Of a stretch of 64,000 bases of DNA, positions 11,079-20,820 are shown in pieces. The stretch spans positions 1-64,000 of the forward strand of contig CAWDTA010000001.1 in NCBI GenBank assembly GCA_963805085.1, in the 5' to 3' direction. The stretch comes from an uncultured Veillonellaceae bacterium. Its GTDB lineage: Bacteria; Bacillota; Negativicutes; JARBTT01. The notes beneath the pieces are model-generated. The model was not told the origin of the DNA. It made no database searches and worked only from the letters and a program-made list of their open reading frames with translations. Made by a program: the position numbers and the translations under genes. The stretch's first letter is position 1. Each line of letters opens with the position of its first letter.

Positions 11079-11270
11079 ATGAAACAATACAGTAGAGTGA
11101 AGTTGTTGGCAAATAAGTTTGAAAGCGAAGGTGTAAATATAGGTGATATTGGTTATATCATTGAAGTATATGATAATGAGACATATGAAGTTGAATTTTC
11201 TGATAGTAAAACAGGATTTACCATTGGACAAATTGTTGCTAATTTAAGAGATATTGAACTAGCGGAATGA
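11079..11270 (+). CDS. DUF4926-like small protein, probable orphan immunity protein
   Basis: GGAGG RBS; GDIGYIIEVY..YEVEFSD..G.TI pattern typical of DUF4926. Confidence 0.75.
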   Translation: MKQYSRVKLLANKFESEGVNIGDIGYIIEVYDNETYEVEFSDSKTGFTIGQIVANLRDIELAE

Positions 11271-11282
11271 GATAATGCAATG

Positions 11283-12628
11283 GGTAGTGCTGAAATAATT
11301 GTGTAAACCTCCAATGTTAGGTAAAATAAAACTAATATTGGAGGTATTTTATTATGGCAAATAAAGAAAACAACAAGCTCAAAGATCTTATCAAAGAGTA
11401 TGGTATTAAAGACATGAATGATGTCCATGAATTTGTCAAAATGCTTACAGCTGAAACCATCCAGACAGCTCTTGATGCTGAAATGGATGAAGAACTTGGA
11501 TACTCCAAATATGACTACAAAAATAAGAAGACAAAGAATAGTCGCAATGGCTATTCTTCTAAAACCGTTCAAAGTTCCAACGGAGAGCTGGAACTTAAAA
11601 TTCCCCGCGATCGCGACGGCGATTTTGAACCACAATTAGTAAAAAAACATCAAACAGATATTTCGACCATAGAAGATAAAGTGATTTTTCTTTACTCACA
11701 AGGTGTATCCACTCGCGATATCCAAAAAACAATGCAAGAAATGTATGGCATTGATGTAGACGACAGCCGTGTTTCAAGAATTACAGATAAACTGCTGCCG
11801 CTCATTAATGAATGGCAAGAACGCCCGTTACAAACGATCTATGCGATGGTTATTTTAGATGCCATTCATTACAATGTCCGTGAAAATGGCATTGTTACAA
11901 AAAAAGCTGCATATGTTGCCATTGGTACGGATTTAGAGGGGCAGAAAGATGTTTTAGGCATTTGGTTAGGTGCGAGTGAATCCTCTAAATATTGGCTTTC
12001 TATACTGAATGGATTGAAAAATCGTGGCGTTCAAGATATTCTTATTGTATCGGTAGACGGTTTATCTGGATTTGTAGAAGCCATCAATGTTGCTTTTCCT
12101 CAAACAGAAGTGCAACGCTGTGTAATTCATCAAATTCGTGCTTCGACACGTTACGTATCTTATAAAGACGTTAAGCTATTTACTGCTGATCTAAAACCGA
12201 TTTATAAAGCCCCAACAGAAGAGGCCGCCTTATTTGCTTTAGATGAATTTGAGGCTAAATGGAATTCGAAATATCCGTTAGGCGTAAAATCTTGGAGGGC
12301 TAATTGGAATGAACTCTCTACCATGTTCAAATATTCGCCAGAAATACGCAAATTAATTTATACAACCAATGCGATTGAAAATTTCAACCGTCAATTACGA
12401 AAAGTAACCAAGACAAAAAGTGCTTTTGTTTCGGATAATGCTTTAATGAAATTGCTATATTTAACAACGATGAACATCGTCGATAAATGGACAATGCCAA
12501 TTCGAAATTGGGGCATGATACTCGATAACCTCATGATTTATTTTGGCGATCGAGTTAAAATTTCTTTATAAAACTCAACTTAATTTTATCCTGATATTTG
12601 GACTTTACACAAAAATTTACGCACTCTC
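11283..12628 (+). mobile_element. IS256-family insertion sequence
   Basis: Imperfect terminal IRs (GGTAGTGCTGAAATAATTGTGTAAA / rc GAGAGTGCGTAAATTTTTGTGTAAA); 8-bp direct repeat ATGCAATG at 11275-11282 and 12629-12636. Confidence 0.93.
11354..12571 (+). CDS. IS256 (Mutator-family) DDE transposase
   Basis: IPRDRDGDFEP, LKNRGV, QRCVIH and IYTTNAIE motifs; 405 aa. Confidence 0.96.
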   Translation: MANKENNKLKDLIKEYGIKDMNDVHEFVKMLTAETIQTALDAEMDEELGYSKYDYKNKKTKNSRNGYSSKTVQSSNGELELKIPRDRDGDFEPQLVKKHQTDISTIEDKVIFLYSQGVSTRDIQKTMQEMYGIDVDDSRVSRITDKLLPLINEWQERPLQTIYAMVILDAIHYNVRENGIVTKKAAYVAIGTDLEGQKDVLGIWLGASESSKYWLSILNGLKNRGVQDILIVSVDGLSGFVEAINVAFPQTEVQRCVIHQIRASTRYVSYKDVKLFTADLKPIYKAPTEEAALFALDEFEAKWNSKYPLGVKSWRANWNELSTMFKYSPEIRKLIYTTNAIENFNRQLRKVTKTKSAFVSDNALMKLLYLTTMNIVDKWTMPIRNWGMILDNLMIYFGDRVKISL

Positions 12629-12734
12629 ATGCAATGCGTACTTTTGTCTCAACTAAAATATAATTAAGACGAAGTGACGAGTTGCAGTGCTTCAAAAATT
12701 CGGACACTGTCCCTATATGGAAAAACAGGTAAAT

Positions 12735-12778
12735 AAAAACAGGTCAGCGGACGTAAAAATCCGTTGACCTGTTTTTTT
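12735..12778. terminator. bidirectional intrinsic terminator
   Basis: AAAAACAGGTCAGCGGA-loop-TCCGTTGACCTGTTTTTTT. Confidence 0.7.
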
Positions 12779-12873
12779 CTCAGGTGCTCTCTAGTGACAC
12801 CTAAATCATAGGTAATAAATTCCTATTAACAATACCATTTCAATTAATCTAGAAAATCTGAGTAACTCTAAAT

Positions 12874-13041
12874 TTAAAAAGACTTAGACTCATTACCTCC
12901 ACAAAACGGACAACTACTCCCATATCCATTACCAGAGCAATTAGAACAATAAGTACCACCACATTCTTTGCATTTCATCAAAGAACCCATACAAGGTGCA
13001 TCACTACCACAATTTGGACATTTTCTCACAGTATCATACAT
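12874..13041 (-). CDS. small Cys-rich zinc-ribbon protein (55 aa, four CxxC), possibly 5'-truncated
   Basis: Manual translation MYDTVRKCPNCGSDAPCMGSLMKCKECGGTYCSNCSGNGYGSSCPFCGGNESKSF*; below the ORF-track cutoff; no RBS. Confidence 0.6.
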   Translation of the reverse strand: MYDTVRKCPNCGSDAPCMGSLMKCKECGGTYCSNCSGNGYGSSCPFCGGNESKSF

Positions 13042-13042
13042 A

Positions 13043-15246
13043 GACAGAGCCGGACAAGTTTCAGATGACCGTTTAAAAGCACTGTATGCCTATAAAGCAG
13101 ATGAAGACTATAAAGACATAAAGAAACAAGAAAAAGCGGCAAAAGCTCTAAAAGAACAACAAGAAGCAGAAGAAGCAAAAAAACAAGAAGAAGCAAAAAA
13201 TAAACAGGGGGCAGATAAAAACGCTAAAGATGGAGCAGAGAAAAAAACAGCAGAAAAAAGTGATATCTCCATCAGTGTAAGTCTAGGAACAAGTAAATCC
13301 GAAAGCAGCTCAACCAGCCAAACAACAGCTGCGCAAGGCAGCAGTATCACAGGCGGAAATAATGTAAAGATCACAGCAACAAAAGAAGATATCAAAGTCA
13401 AAGGCTCAGATATCACCGGAGAAAATGTAACCTTAGATGCCAAGAAAAATATCGAAATCACCGCCAGTGAAAACAAAAATGTAAGCAACAGTGACAGCAA
13501 AAGTAGCTCAGCAAGTATCGGAGCAAGTATAAACTTAGGTGATGGCAGTATTGGCGGACTCAATGTAAGTGGTAGCAAACAAACAGGAGAAATCAAAGAA
13601 AACTCCACCACCTATAACCAAAGTACAGTTACCGCCAATGACAACTTAACCATGAACTCTGGTAAAGATACGGATATCAAAGGTTCAAAAGTAAGTGGGG
13701 ATAAAGTAAAAGTAGATGCAGGAGAAAATCTAAACCTAGAAAGCCTGCAAGACAAAGAAACCTATGATGAGAAAAATAGCTCAGCTGGTGGAGTAATGAG
13801 CAAATTGGGTGGAAGTAGCTTTGCATCAGGAGCCGCAGGTGCAGGAATAACCCAATTAGTTATGAATGAGTTAAAAAATATAAAAGACCCAGCAGTACTC
13901 CAATGGGCAAGTGCAATTGTAGGAGCAGCCGCAGCTAAATTAGTTGGTGGTGATGCTAAGACAGGAGCAAGTGTCGCAGCAAGTGAGACGAAGAATAATT
14001 GGCTAAGTCATGACGAGCAGGTCAGTTTTGCAAATCGCTTAAAGAAAGCTTTAGTCGAAGGTGATATAGATGGTGCTCGGAGGATAATAAGAGAATACTC
14101 TGAGATAAGTAAAAGAAATTCAGATTTAAACTCTTTTAATAACGAAGCTACAGAAGGTCTTGACGATGACGGTGCGGGTTTATTAGAGCAATTACAACGA
14201 TACGCTTCATCAACTGGTCAAACGTTAACTAATAATGGATTGAATTATGATTTAGCGAACTTAGCGGCAAGCGTCAATAAATTTGCATTACAATTGCCAG
14301 AAAATCACGGCTTTGATACTTCAACAACTGCAGATACCGTAGATCAGATAAATCAACCTCCAGAAACAGTAGATAGTGTGATGGATAATGGGGGATCATG
14401 GAACAGCGAAGGAAAAGCCGTGAGAGCGGATGGAACGGTATGTGATAACCTACCTAATAGAGGAAACTATGCATATAAGGCGTACAACCATCAGGATATT
14501 ATGATGACGGAACGGCTGCTATAGTTATAGATGGCAATTATTATCCTGCTTATAATGCACCGACTAAAGGGGATAAGCTGGCGGAAGATCCTAATGCGAA
14601 ATTTGTTAAAATTGGTGATCAAAATTTTGTATTAGATCCCGATGATCTTAATCCTGACGATCAGAAAAAATGTTGGGCTACTTCAAAAGAACCATCAGCT
14701 TGGCAAGTAATCAAACAAAAGGTTGAAAATGCCAAATTTGATGATCCGGACTTAGAGTTTGCGAAAAGGAATTTAAAGTCGAAGGGTATTGATCCAGACG
14801 ATCCAGAAAATGCGAAGAAATTAGCAGATGAATTTGAAAGACAGAAAGAAATAACTCTAGGTGGGGCAACAGGCTCTGTTGGTGGAGTTGGTTTCAAGTC
14901 ATTTAAAGAATTAAAGGCTTATCTTGGAACACCTGGGGTAGGAAATCAATGGCATCACATAGTAGAGCAAGCACAGATAAATGCAAAGAGAGCAGGATTT
15001 GCAGTAGAAGAAGTAAATCCTGTAGAGAATATAATTGCGTTGCAATCTGGTAAAGGAAGTATTCATAGTAAAATAAGTGCGTATTATTCATCAATTCAAG
15101 ATTTTACCGATGGAATGAGAGTAAGAGATTGGCTTGCAAATAAAAGTTTTCAAGAACAGTTTGAGGAAGGTATGAAAATTTTGAGAAGATATGGTGATGT
15201 TGCAAAAGATGAAACTGGAAAATGGATATTTAAGCCTTTTGAATAA
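13043..15246 (+). pseudogene. orphan cdiA 3' module (FHA-2 piece, pretoxin, WHHIVEQ HNH-like nuclease tip), frameshifted
   Basis: Paralogous to cdiA from ~7660; near-identical 13784-14726 vs 8929-9875; 4-bp deletion after 14477; restored frame continues through GNQWHHIVEQ to the stop at 15246. Confidence 0.85.
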
Positions 15247-15260
15247 TTAGGAGGAATATA

Positions 15261-15608
15261 GTGAAGGAATTAGAAAAAATATTGCTCGACTATGAAAGTG
15301 CTTGTATTAAAGGGGAAGAAGCACAGGAAAATGGGGATTCCAAAAATTCCAATAAACAATATAGAGTAATACAAAAAATCCGTAAAGAGTTAAAAGAAAA
15401 CCCTGAGTATGGTATAGAAAAGTTATTACCTTATTTGGAGCATCCGAGTCCGTTTGTTAGATTAAAAACAGCGTTTAGTGTCATTCCTGTAGCACCAGAA
15501 AGAGCCAAAGAAGTGCTTACTCAACTAAAAGAAATTCGAGGATTAACAGGTTATTCTGCAGAAACGACATTGTCAGAATGGGAAAAAGGGAATTTGAAAT
15601 TTGATTAA
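15261..15608 (+). CDS. immunity protein, DUF2019-like (helical repeat)
   Basis: AGGAGG RBS with GTG start; GDSKNSNKQY, LEHPSPFVRL, LSEWEKGNL pattern; follows the orphan toxin. Confidence 0.75.
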   Translation: MKELEKILLDYESACIKGEEAQENGDSKNSNKQYRVIQKIRKELKENPEYGIEKLLPYLEHPSPFVRLKTAFSVIPVAPERAKEVLTQLKEIRGLTGYSAETTLSEWEKGNLKFD

Positions 15609-15855
15609 TTAAAATAAACAATAAAACAGAGGTTAATGGACAATAAATCGCTTAGCTATGCCTTTTTTTATCTTGAAAATTCATGGGAAAATTTTTAAAA
15701 AGCTATTGATTTTTATTAGCAGGTTTTTGTCTTAGATATTGCGTATATCATGGATAGAAAATCAACAAAAACTATTTTTTAATATGGGAAAAGAGTTGGC
15801 GCAATAATATAAATTTGTTCATTTTGAGTTAAATTTGTTATTTGGGGGAAAGCAA

Positions 15856-16371
15856 ATGTGTTTAACATGCAGTATCGTTAATGGAGAATTCTTTCCAGTT
15901 GGTGGAATAATTTATAAAGATAGTTACGTTCTTTTGCACCATTGTATTGACTTACAAATTCCGGGATATTTAATCCTTTCACCATTAAGGCATATTGAGT
16001 CTTACAGTGATTTAAGTCATAGTGAGATGTTACATATGGGAATTGTTACAAAGGCAGTAGTAGCTGCTCTAAAACGTATAGACGGTATCGAAAAAGTGTA
16101 TCTGGCTAATTTTGGAGAAAAAACGACGCATTTTCATATGCATATTTTCCCTCGGTATAAATGGATGTTAAATCATTCTGCTGAGGAGATATGTACAGAT
16201 AATATGTTAGATGGGGCCAAGTTGCTAAGCTTTTGTCGAAAAAAATATAAAGTACAACCGGAGTTTATAAATAAAGAAGATATTATTGCTGTAATTGAAC
16301 AAGTTAAGCGAGTATTCTCCAATTCGGATCTGTTAAATGTATTACATAATGTTGTTATACATATGGAGTAG
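15856..16371 (+). CDS. HIT family protein
   Basis: N-terminal CLTC and HFHMHIFPR histidine triad. Confidence 0.85.
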   Translation: MCLTCSIVNGEFFPVGGIIYKDSYVLLHHCIDLQIPGYLILSPLRHIESYSDLSHSEMLHMGIVTKAVVAALKRIDGIEKVYLANFGEKTTHFHMHIFPRYKWMLNHSAEEICTDNMLDGAKLLSFCRKKYKVQPEFINKEDIIAVIEQVKRVFSNSDLLNVLHNVVIHME

Positions 16372-16393
16372 TTTAAAACTAAGCCAACGTTAG

Positions 16394-17389
16394 TCAATAT
16401 ATTTGCGGTAGTCCAGATAATTTTGTCGATAGACAGGATGAAGTATGAATAGATTTTATTTCTTCTAATAACTTATCAAAAATCTCTTTTACGGATAAGA
16501 TTTCTTTTATTTTATAAATATATTCACCTGTGAAAACTAGCCCAGTCTCAACATCTCCTTGTTGTGCTTTGGAAAGAGCACTGATTATACAAAAATTCTG
16601 ACTGCAATGTTTTAAGCAGGCTTTGCATACTTTCGGAGAGATGGTACCTTCATTAATTTTCTTGACAAATGGATTTTTCAAAGCACGTCCAGGTAATCCA
16701 ACAGGGCTATTAATTAAGACAACATCATCTTTTTTTGCCTTTAAATAAAATTCTTTTAATGAGGAAGCAGCATTTGATTCTTTACTCATAGCAAACCTAG
16801 TGCCCATTTGGACTCCATCAGCACCAAGATTTAATGTTTCGGCGATATCTTGTCCAGTAATAATTCCGCCGGCGCCAATAACGGGGATATGAACTGCATT
16901 TTTTATATCGTTGATGAGATCCTTTATAGAATGGTTCGTTGTACCTAAATGTCCGCCAGCTTCTTTTCCCTCAACAACAACAGCCGCAGCACCTAGTTTT
17001 TCTGAAAGTTTAGCTGCTTTTACCGAAGATGCCATTGTGACAATAGGAGTATTACTTTTTTTCCCTATATCAAATACATCGCGTGAAAATCCTGCACCAG
17101 CTACGACTAAATCAATACCTTCATCGATGGCAGTTTTTACAAGTGCTTTAAATTCTCTAGCTGCGACCATCACGTTAACACCAATGATTCCTTTGGTTAG
17201 TGAACGTGCAAGATGAATTTCATTACGTAATTCACCAAGAGACATTCCGGAAGCAGCGATTATTCCTATACCACCATTTTCAGCTACGGCGGCTGCAAGT
17301 CGGGCGGTAGAAATCCGTACGGCCATACCTCCTTGAATAATAGGTACTTTTGCAACTAAATTTCCAATTTTAAGTTCGGGAAGTTTCAA
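16394..17389 (-). CDS. nitronate monooxygenase/FabK-like flavin oxidoreductase
   Basis: PIIQGGM, EGKEAGGHLG, ADGVQMGTRF motifs; TTG start after AGGAGG. Confidence 0.88.
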   Translation of the reverse strand: MKLPELKIGNLVAKVPIIQGGMAVRISTARLAAAVAENGGIGIIAASGMSLGELRNEIHLARSLTKGIIGVNVMVAAREFKALVKTAIDEGIDLVVAGAGFSRDVFDIGKKSNTPIVTMASSVKAAKLSEKLGAAAVVVEGKEAGGHLGTTNHSIKDLINDIKNAVHIPVIGAGGIITGQDIAETLNLGADGVQMGTRFAMSKESNAASSLKEFYLKAKKDDVVLINSPVGLPGRALKNPFVKKINEGTISPKVCKACLKHCSQNFCIISALSKAQQGDVETGLVFTGEYIYKIKEILSVKEIFDKLLEEIKSIHTSSCLSTKLSGLPQIY

Positions 17390-17525
17390 TTTTAAATGCC
17401 TCCTTATTATATAAAAATTTTTATCCAATTGATTTCCGCTTATAGTATAATTATACTAAGAGAGATAAACTAAACAAGTACGCACATTTTTGTACCTTAT
17501 ATAATTGCTAAGGAGATGCTTATAA

Positions 17526-17867
17526 ATGAGTAAAGAACGATCTTATGGTGATGAGTGCCCGGTTTTACATACAATAAATATTATTGGTGGAAAATGGAGA
17601 GTGTTAATTTTACACCATTTATTGAGTGGATGCTTACGTTATAACCAATTAAAAAAGAAGCTGCCCGGAATTAGTAATATTATGCTTACACGTTCTCTGC
17701 AACAATTAGAAAAATATGGTCTTATAGAACGCATTCAGTATTTAGAAAAAGTACCTCATGTTGAATATTTTTTAACAAAACAGGCTAAAAAGCTGGTTCC
17801 TGCTATTGCAGCTATTGCAGCGTGGGGAAAAGATCAAATGACATTAGAAAAGATAATCGAAGAATGA
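17526..17867 (+). CDS. HxlR-family transcriptional regulator
   Basis: CPV..IIGGKW, LPGIS..ML, PHVEYFLT; divergent from the oxidoreductase. Confidence 0.9.
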   Translation: MSKERSYGDECPVLHTINIIGGKWRVLILHHLLSGCLRYNQLKKKLPGISNIMLTRSLQQLEKYGLIERIQYLEKVPHVEYFLTKQAKKLVPAIAAIAAWGKDQMTLEKIIEE

Positions 17868-17925
17868 TTAAATCAGACGAGGGGACGGCAGACTGTGTTT
17901 CAAAAATTCGAGAAAATATTGATAA

Positions 17926-18015
17926 ATATATTTTTTTTATAAATGATCATCAAAAAAGGGGCAGGCGATAGTGAACTGTCCCTTTTTCTATGTAATTAAC
18001 TGCGGGAAAAATATT
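17926..18015 (-). repeat. diverged copy of the terminator and last codons of the ABC ATPase gene
   Basis: Aligns by eye with 19914-20002, including ATCATCAAAAAAGGGGCAG and AATTAACTGC. Confidence 0.8.
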
Positions 18016-18041
18016 AGACAAGGTGACGCGTACTTTTGTCT
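18016..18041 (+). repeat. REP-like short palindromic repeat
   Basis: AGACAAGGTGACGCGTACTTTTGTCT; related copies at 18890-18914, 17875, 12667 and one split by IS256 at 11270/12649. Confidence 0.6.
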
Positions 18042-18131
18042 ATAAATTTATGCTGAAAAACAGCTAAGTTATTATTTTATAACTTAGCTGTTTGGTTTTA
18101 ATCAAAGAGCAAACGAATAGACGGAAAGTAT

Positions 18132-18470
18132 TTAACAATTACAGAATTCATATAAATCCGAGGAAAGAATAGAATCTAATTCTTTTTCATTCTTTTTCTG
18201 TGTTTGTGTAAAAACAAATCCGAATATATCAAGGTTAGGATTGTCCACTTTGCGAAGTTCTAGGACACTTTCAAAGGAGTTATATAGTTTATCATAATTA
18301 AATTCTGCGCAGGGAATAGATTTATCCGGCTTATCCAGTAGAATTAAACTATACAGATTGTCCTCTTCCCCTTTCAATATTTCTGAAAAATCAGGTTCTT
18401 TATTTTGCAGAAAGTACTCTAGCGTTCGAATTCCATAAGCATAGTAAGCAACATCTGTACAAGAAAGACC
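18132..18470 (-). pseudogene. 3' fragment of a hypothetical gene
   Basis: The first part of the track ORF 18132..18602 is antisense to the MocR fragment; the rest ends near the terminator at 18056-18094. Confidence 0.4.
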
Positions 18471-18471
18471 T

Positions 18472-18873
18472 AATATTAATCTGGTAATATCACCTTTTAA
18501 CGCTGAAATCATTCGCCAGCTTATAGACTCTTCCATTGCCGATGAAATTGTTAAGGAACGTAAAGAGATGGTTGTTATACGAAACAGGTTAACAGATTCC
18601 ATTCTTAATGATTATCATCTTCTTGGTGATAAATATTGCTACTTCCGTTGGTTGCTGCTACCCGAAGGTTGGACTGGAAAAACCTTTGAAACATGTGCAA
18701 AAAATGCAGGTGTTCAAGTATATTGTGCTGAACGTTTTGCTGTTGGTAATTCCCCTGTACCCGCTGCAGTTCGTATCGCAATAACAGCTCCAAAAGATTT
18801 AGAGGAATTAGAAAATGGATTATATATACTCAAATCTATATTAGAGCAAGCGGATGAGTTTACCATGCTATGA
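18472..18873 (+). pseudogene. C-terminal fragment of a MocR/GntR PLP-dependent regulator
   Basis: NINLVISPFNAEI...YFRWLLLPEGW..GVQVYCAERFAVG..AVRIAI; N-terminal HTH and most of the PLP domain missing. Confidence 0.75.
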
Positions 18874-18966
18874 AATTGGTCTTAAAAGTAGTCAAGGTGA
18901 CGCGCAACTTGTCTAATCTTTTATACTTAAGTATATATTTTTTATAAATTTGCATAGAGAAAAATC

Positions 18967-19147
18967 TCAAATCCCATGTATTTTTTGCTCTTTGCCGTTT
19001 AATACTTCTGCGCGTAAGCATTGCCAGATCATTTGGAATAATTCATTATAACAAAGTGCCATGCGGATTTTTGCTATATCACGCGGGCGTGGCAGATCAG
19101 TATCAATGATTGCTTTTATCGTGCCAGGATGTGCGGTCATAATCATA
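18967..19147 (-). pseudogene. diverged 3' fragment of the ABC ATPase gene
   Basis: MIMTAHPGTIKAIIDTDLPRPRDIAKIR..YNELFQMIWQCLR matches the C-terminus of 19983..20801. Confidence 0.85.
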
Positions 19148-19220
19148 TTCCTTTGAATAACTATGTCATCGGCTTCATACATATATAAAGGATATTTTTT
19201 ATGTTATAGGAGGATGGCGT

Positions 19221-19748
19221 ATGTTAAAAAAAGCGGTCAATATCCCTATCTCGCTGTTTGAGTCTATCGAAGGCAGATATTTTGTTGGGCAGACTGATTT
19301 GTTGAATTTTGGAAACGAGACAAATGCGGTGGGGAGATTATATAACCCTACTCATTCTCAGGTAAATTTATTTGTTAATGTAATTACTATTTCCAACATA
19401 ACCCAAACCGATTTTTTGGCTCAAATTTGGTTTAATGCCGAACTGCCAGAGACAGGAACTGTTTCTAGATTGGTAACGCCCACTAATACAGTATTATGTC
19501 CGAGGCCGAGACCCGAAGTATTGTTACAGTTTGCGCAAAATCTTCAGGGTACTCCAAGCGGGGGAGTGAATCCTTTTGATCGAGTTATTCCTCCGATAAC
19601 GACGGTTGTAGATGAGGAAGATGGAAAGTTTATTCTTCCACCAGGAGGTTCTTTTGCTGTTTTTTTAGTCGGACAGGGAAGTACTCTTCTCCAGGCTCGA
19701 ATTGCTTTAGGCTGGTGGGAAACAAAAATAAATGATAGTGATTGTTAG
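19221..19748 (+). CDS. DUF6143-like protein
   Basis: AGGAGG RBS; GRYFVGQT, VNLFVNV, EEDGKFILPPGG, GWWE motifs. Confidence 0.7.
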   Translation: MLKKAVNIPISLFESIEGRYFVGQTDLLNFGNETNAVGRLYNPTHSQVNLFVNVITISNITQTDFLAQIWFNAELPETGTVSRLVTPTNTVLCPRPRPEVLLQFAQNLQGTPSGGVNPFDRVIPPITTVVDEEDGKFILPPGGSFAVFLVGQGSTLLQARIALGWWETKINDSDC

Positions 19749-19982
19749 AATTGATTCTGGAAAAAAAAGACAAAAGAAAATTCCTTTTATCTCTATTTAG
19801 TTTTAAAAACTTGTAGATAAGATGGATGTTTCTAAGTCTACGCTCAGGGCTTTACTAATATGAGAGCTGTCGCAAAAGCGACTGAGAGGTTAACATTTTT
19901 TGTCTAGTCTTGTATATATTTTTTTATAAATTATCATCAAAAAAGGGGCAGTCACAGTGCGACAGCCCCTTTCTCTATGCAA

Positions 19983-20801
19983 TTAACTGCAAGGAAAATG
20001 TTGATTTCCTCGTATGTCTTGATCTTTGCCTTTTAATACTTCTTTGCGTAAACATTGCCAAATCATTTGGAACAATTCATTGTAGCGCAGTGTCGTGCGG
20101 ATTTTGGATATATCACGTGGCCTTGGCAGGTCGATGTCAATGATTGCTTTTATCGTGCCGGGATGCGCTGTCATAATCATAATACGGTCGCTGATGCAAA
20201 GTGCTTCATCAATACTATGCGTGATAAAGACTGTGGTCTTTTTTGTGCGATCCCATATTTCAAGAAGTTCTTGTTGAAGAATGATGCGGTTTTGTTCATC
20301 TAAAGCGCCGAATGGCTCATCCATGAGGAGGATTTCCGAGTCATTGGCAAAAGCTCTAGCTACGCTGACCCGTTGTTTCATGCCGCCTGAGAGCTGGGAT
20401 GGGTAGGCTTTCATAAATTTTTCTAGACCGATCATTCTAATATAATACGTGGCAGTTTCGTAGCGTTGCTTTTTTGATATTCCGCGCATTTTTAGTCCAT
20501 ACGCTACGTTGTCGAGGACATTTAGCCAAGGAAAAATGGATTGTTCTTGAAAGACCATCGAACTTAACGGGCGATTATCGTCACTCGAATTGATTGTAAT
20601 TGTGCCAGCGGATGCTGCTTCCAGACCAGCTAAAATCCTAAGCAGCGTAGTTTTACCACAGCCGCTAGGCCCTACAATAGAGAAAAATTCACCATTTTGT
20701 ATTTCTAGGTTGATATCGGTGATTGCCGGTACATTGCCTTGTGGAGTTTGAAAAATTTTGCTTACCTCATCAATTACGATGCGCTTTTTTAATTGGCTCA
20801 T
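19983..20801 (-). CDS. ABC transporter ATP-binding protein (NitT/TauT/SsuB type)
   Basis: GPSGCGKT, LSGGMKQR, LLMDEPFGALD. Confidence 0.93.
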   Translation of the reverse strand: MSQLKKRIVIDEVSKIFQTPQGNVPAITDINLEIQNGEFFSIVGPSGCGKTTLLRILAGLEAASAGTITINSSDDNRPLSSMVFQEQSIFPWLNVLDNVAYGLKMRGISKKQRYETATYYIRMIGLEKFMKAYPSQLSGGMKQRVSVARAFANDSEILLMDEPFGALDEQNRIILQQELLEIWDRTKKTTVFITHSIDEALCISDRIMIMTAHPGTIKAIIDIDLPRPRDISKIRTTLRYNELFQMIWQCLRKEVLKGKDQDIRGNQHFPCS

Positions 20802-20820
20802 ATTGATTTCTCAACTCCTC

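Noticed and set aside
12968-13042. N-terminus of the track ORF 12968..14524
   Set aside because: It is the antisense of the zinc-ribbon ORF, has no RBS, and CdiA similarity begins only at ~13043
15040-15246. 68-aa ORF as an independent gene
   Set aside because: It is the tail of the frameshifted orphan toxin frame
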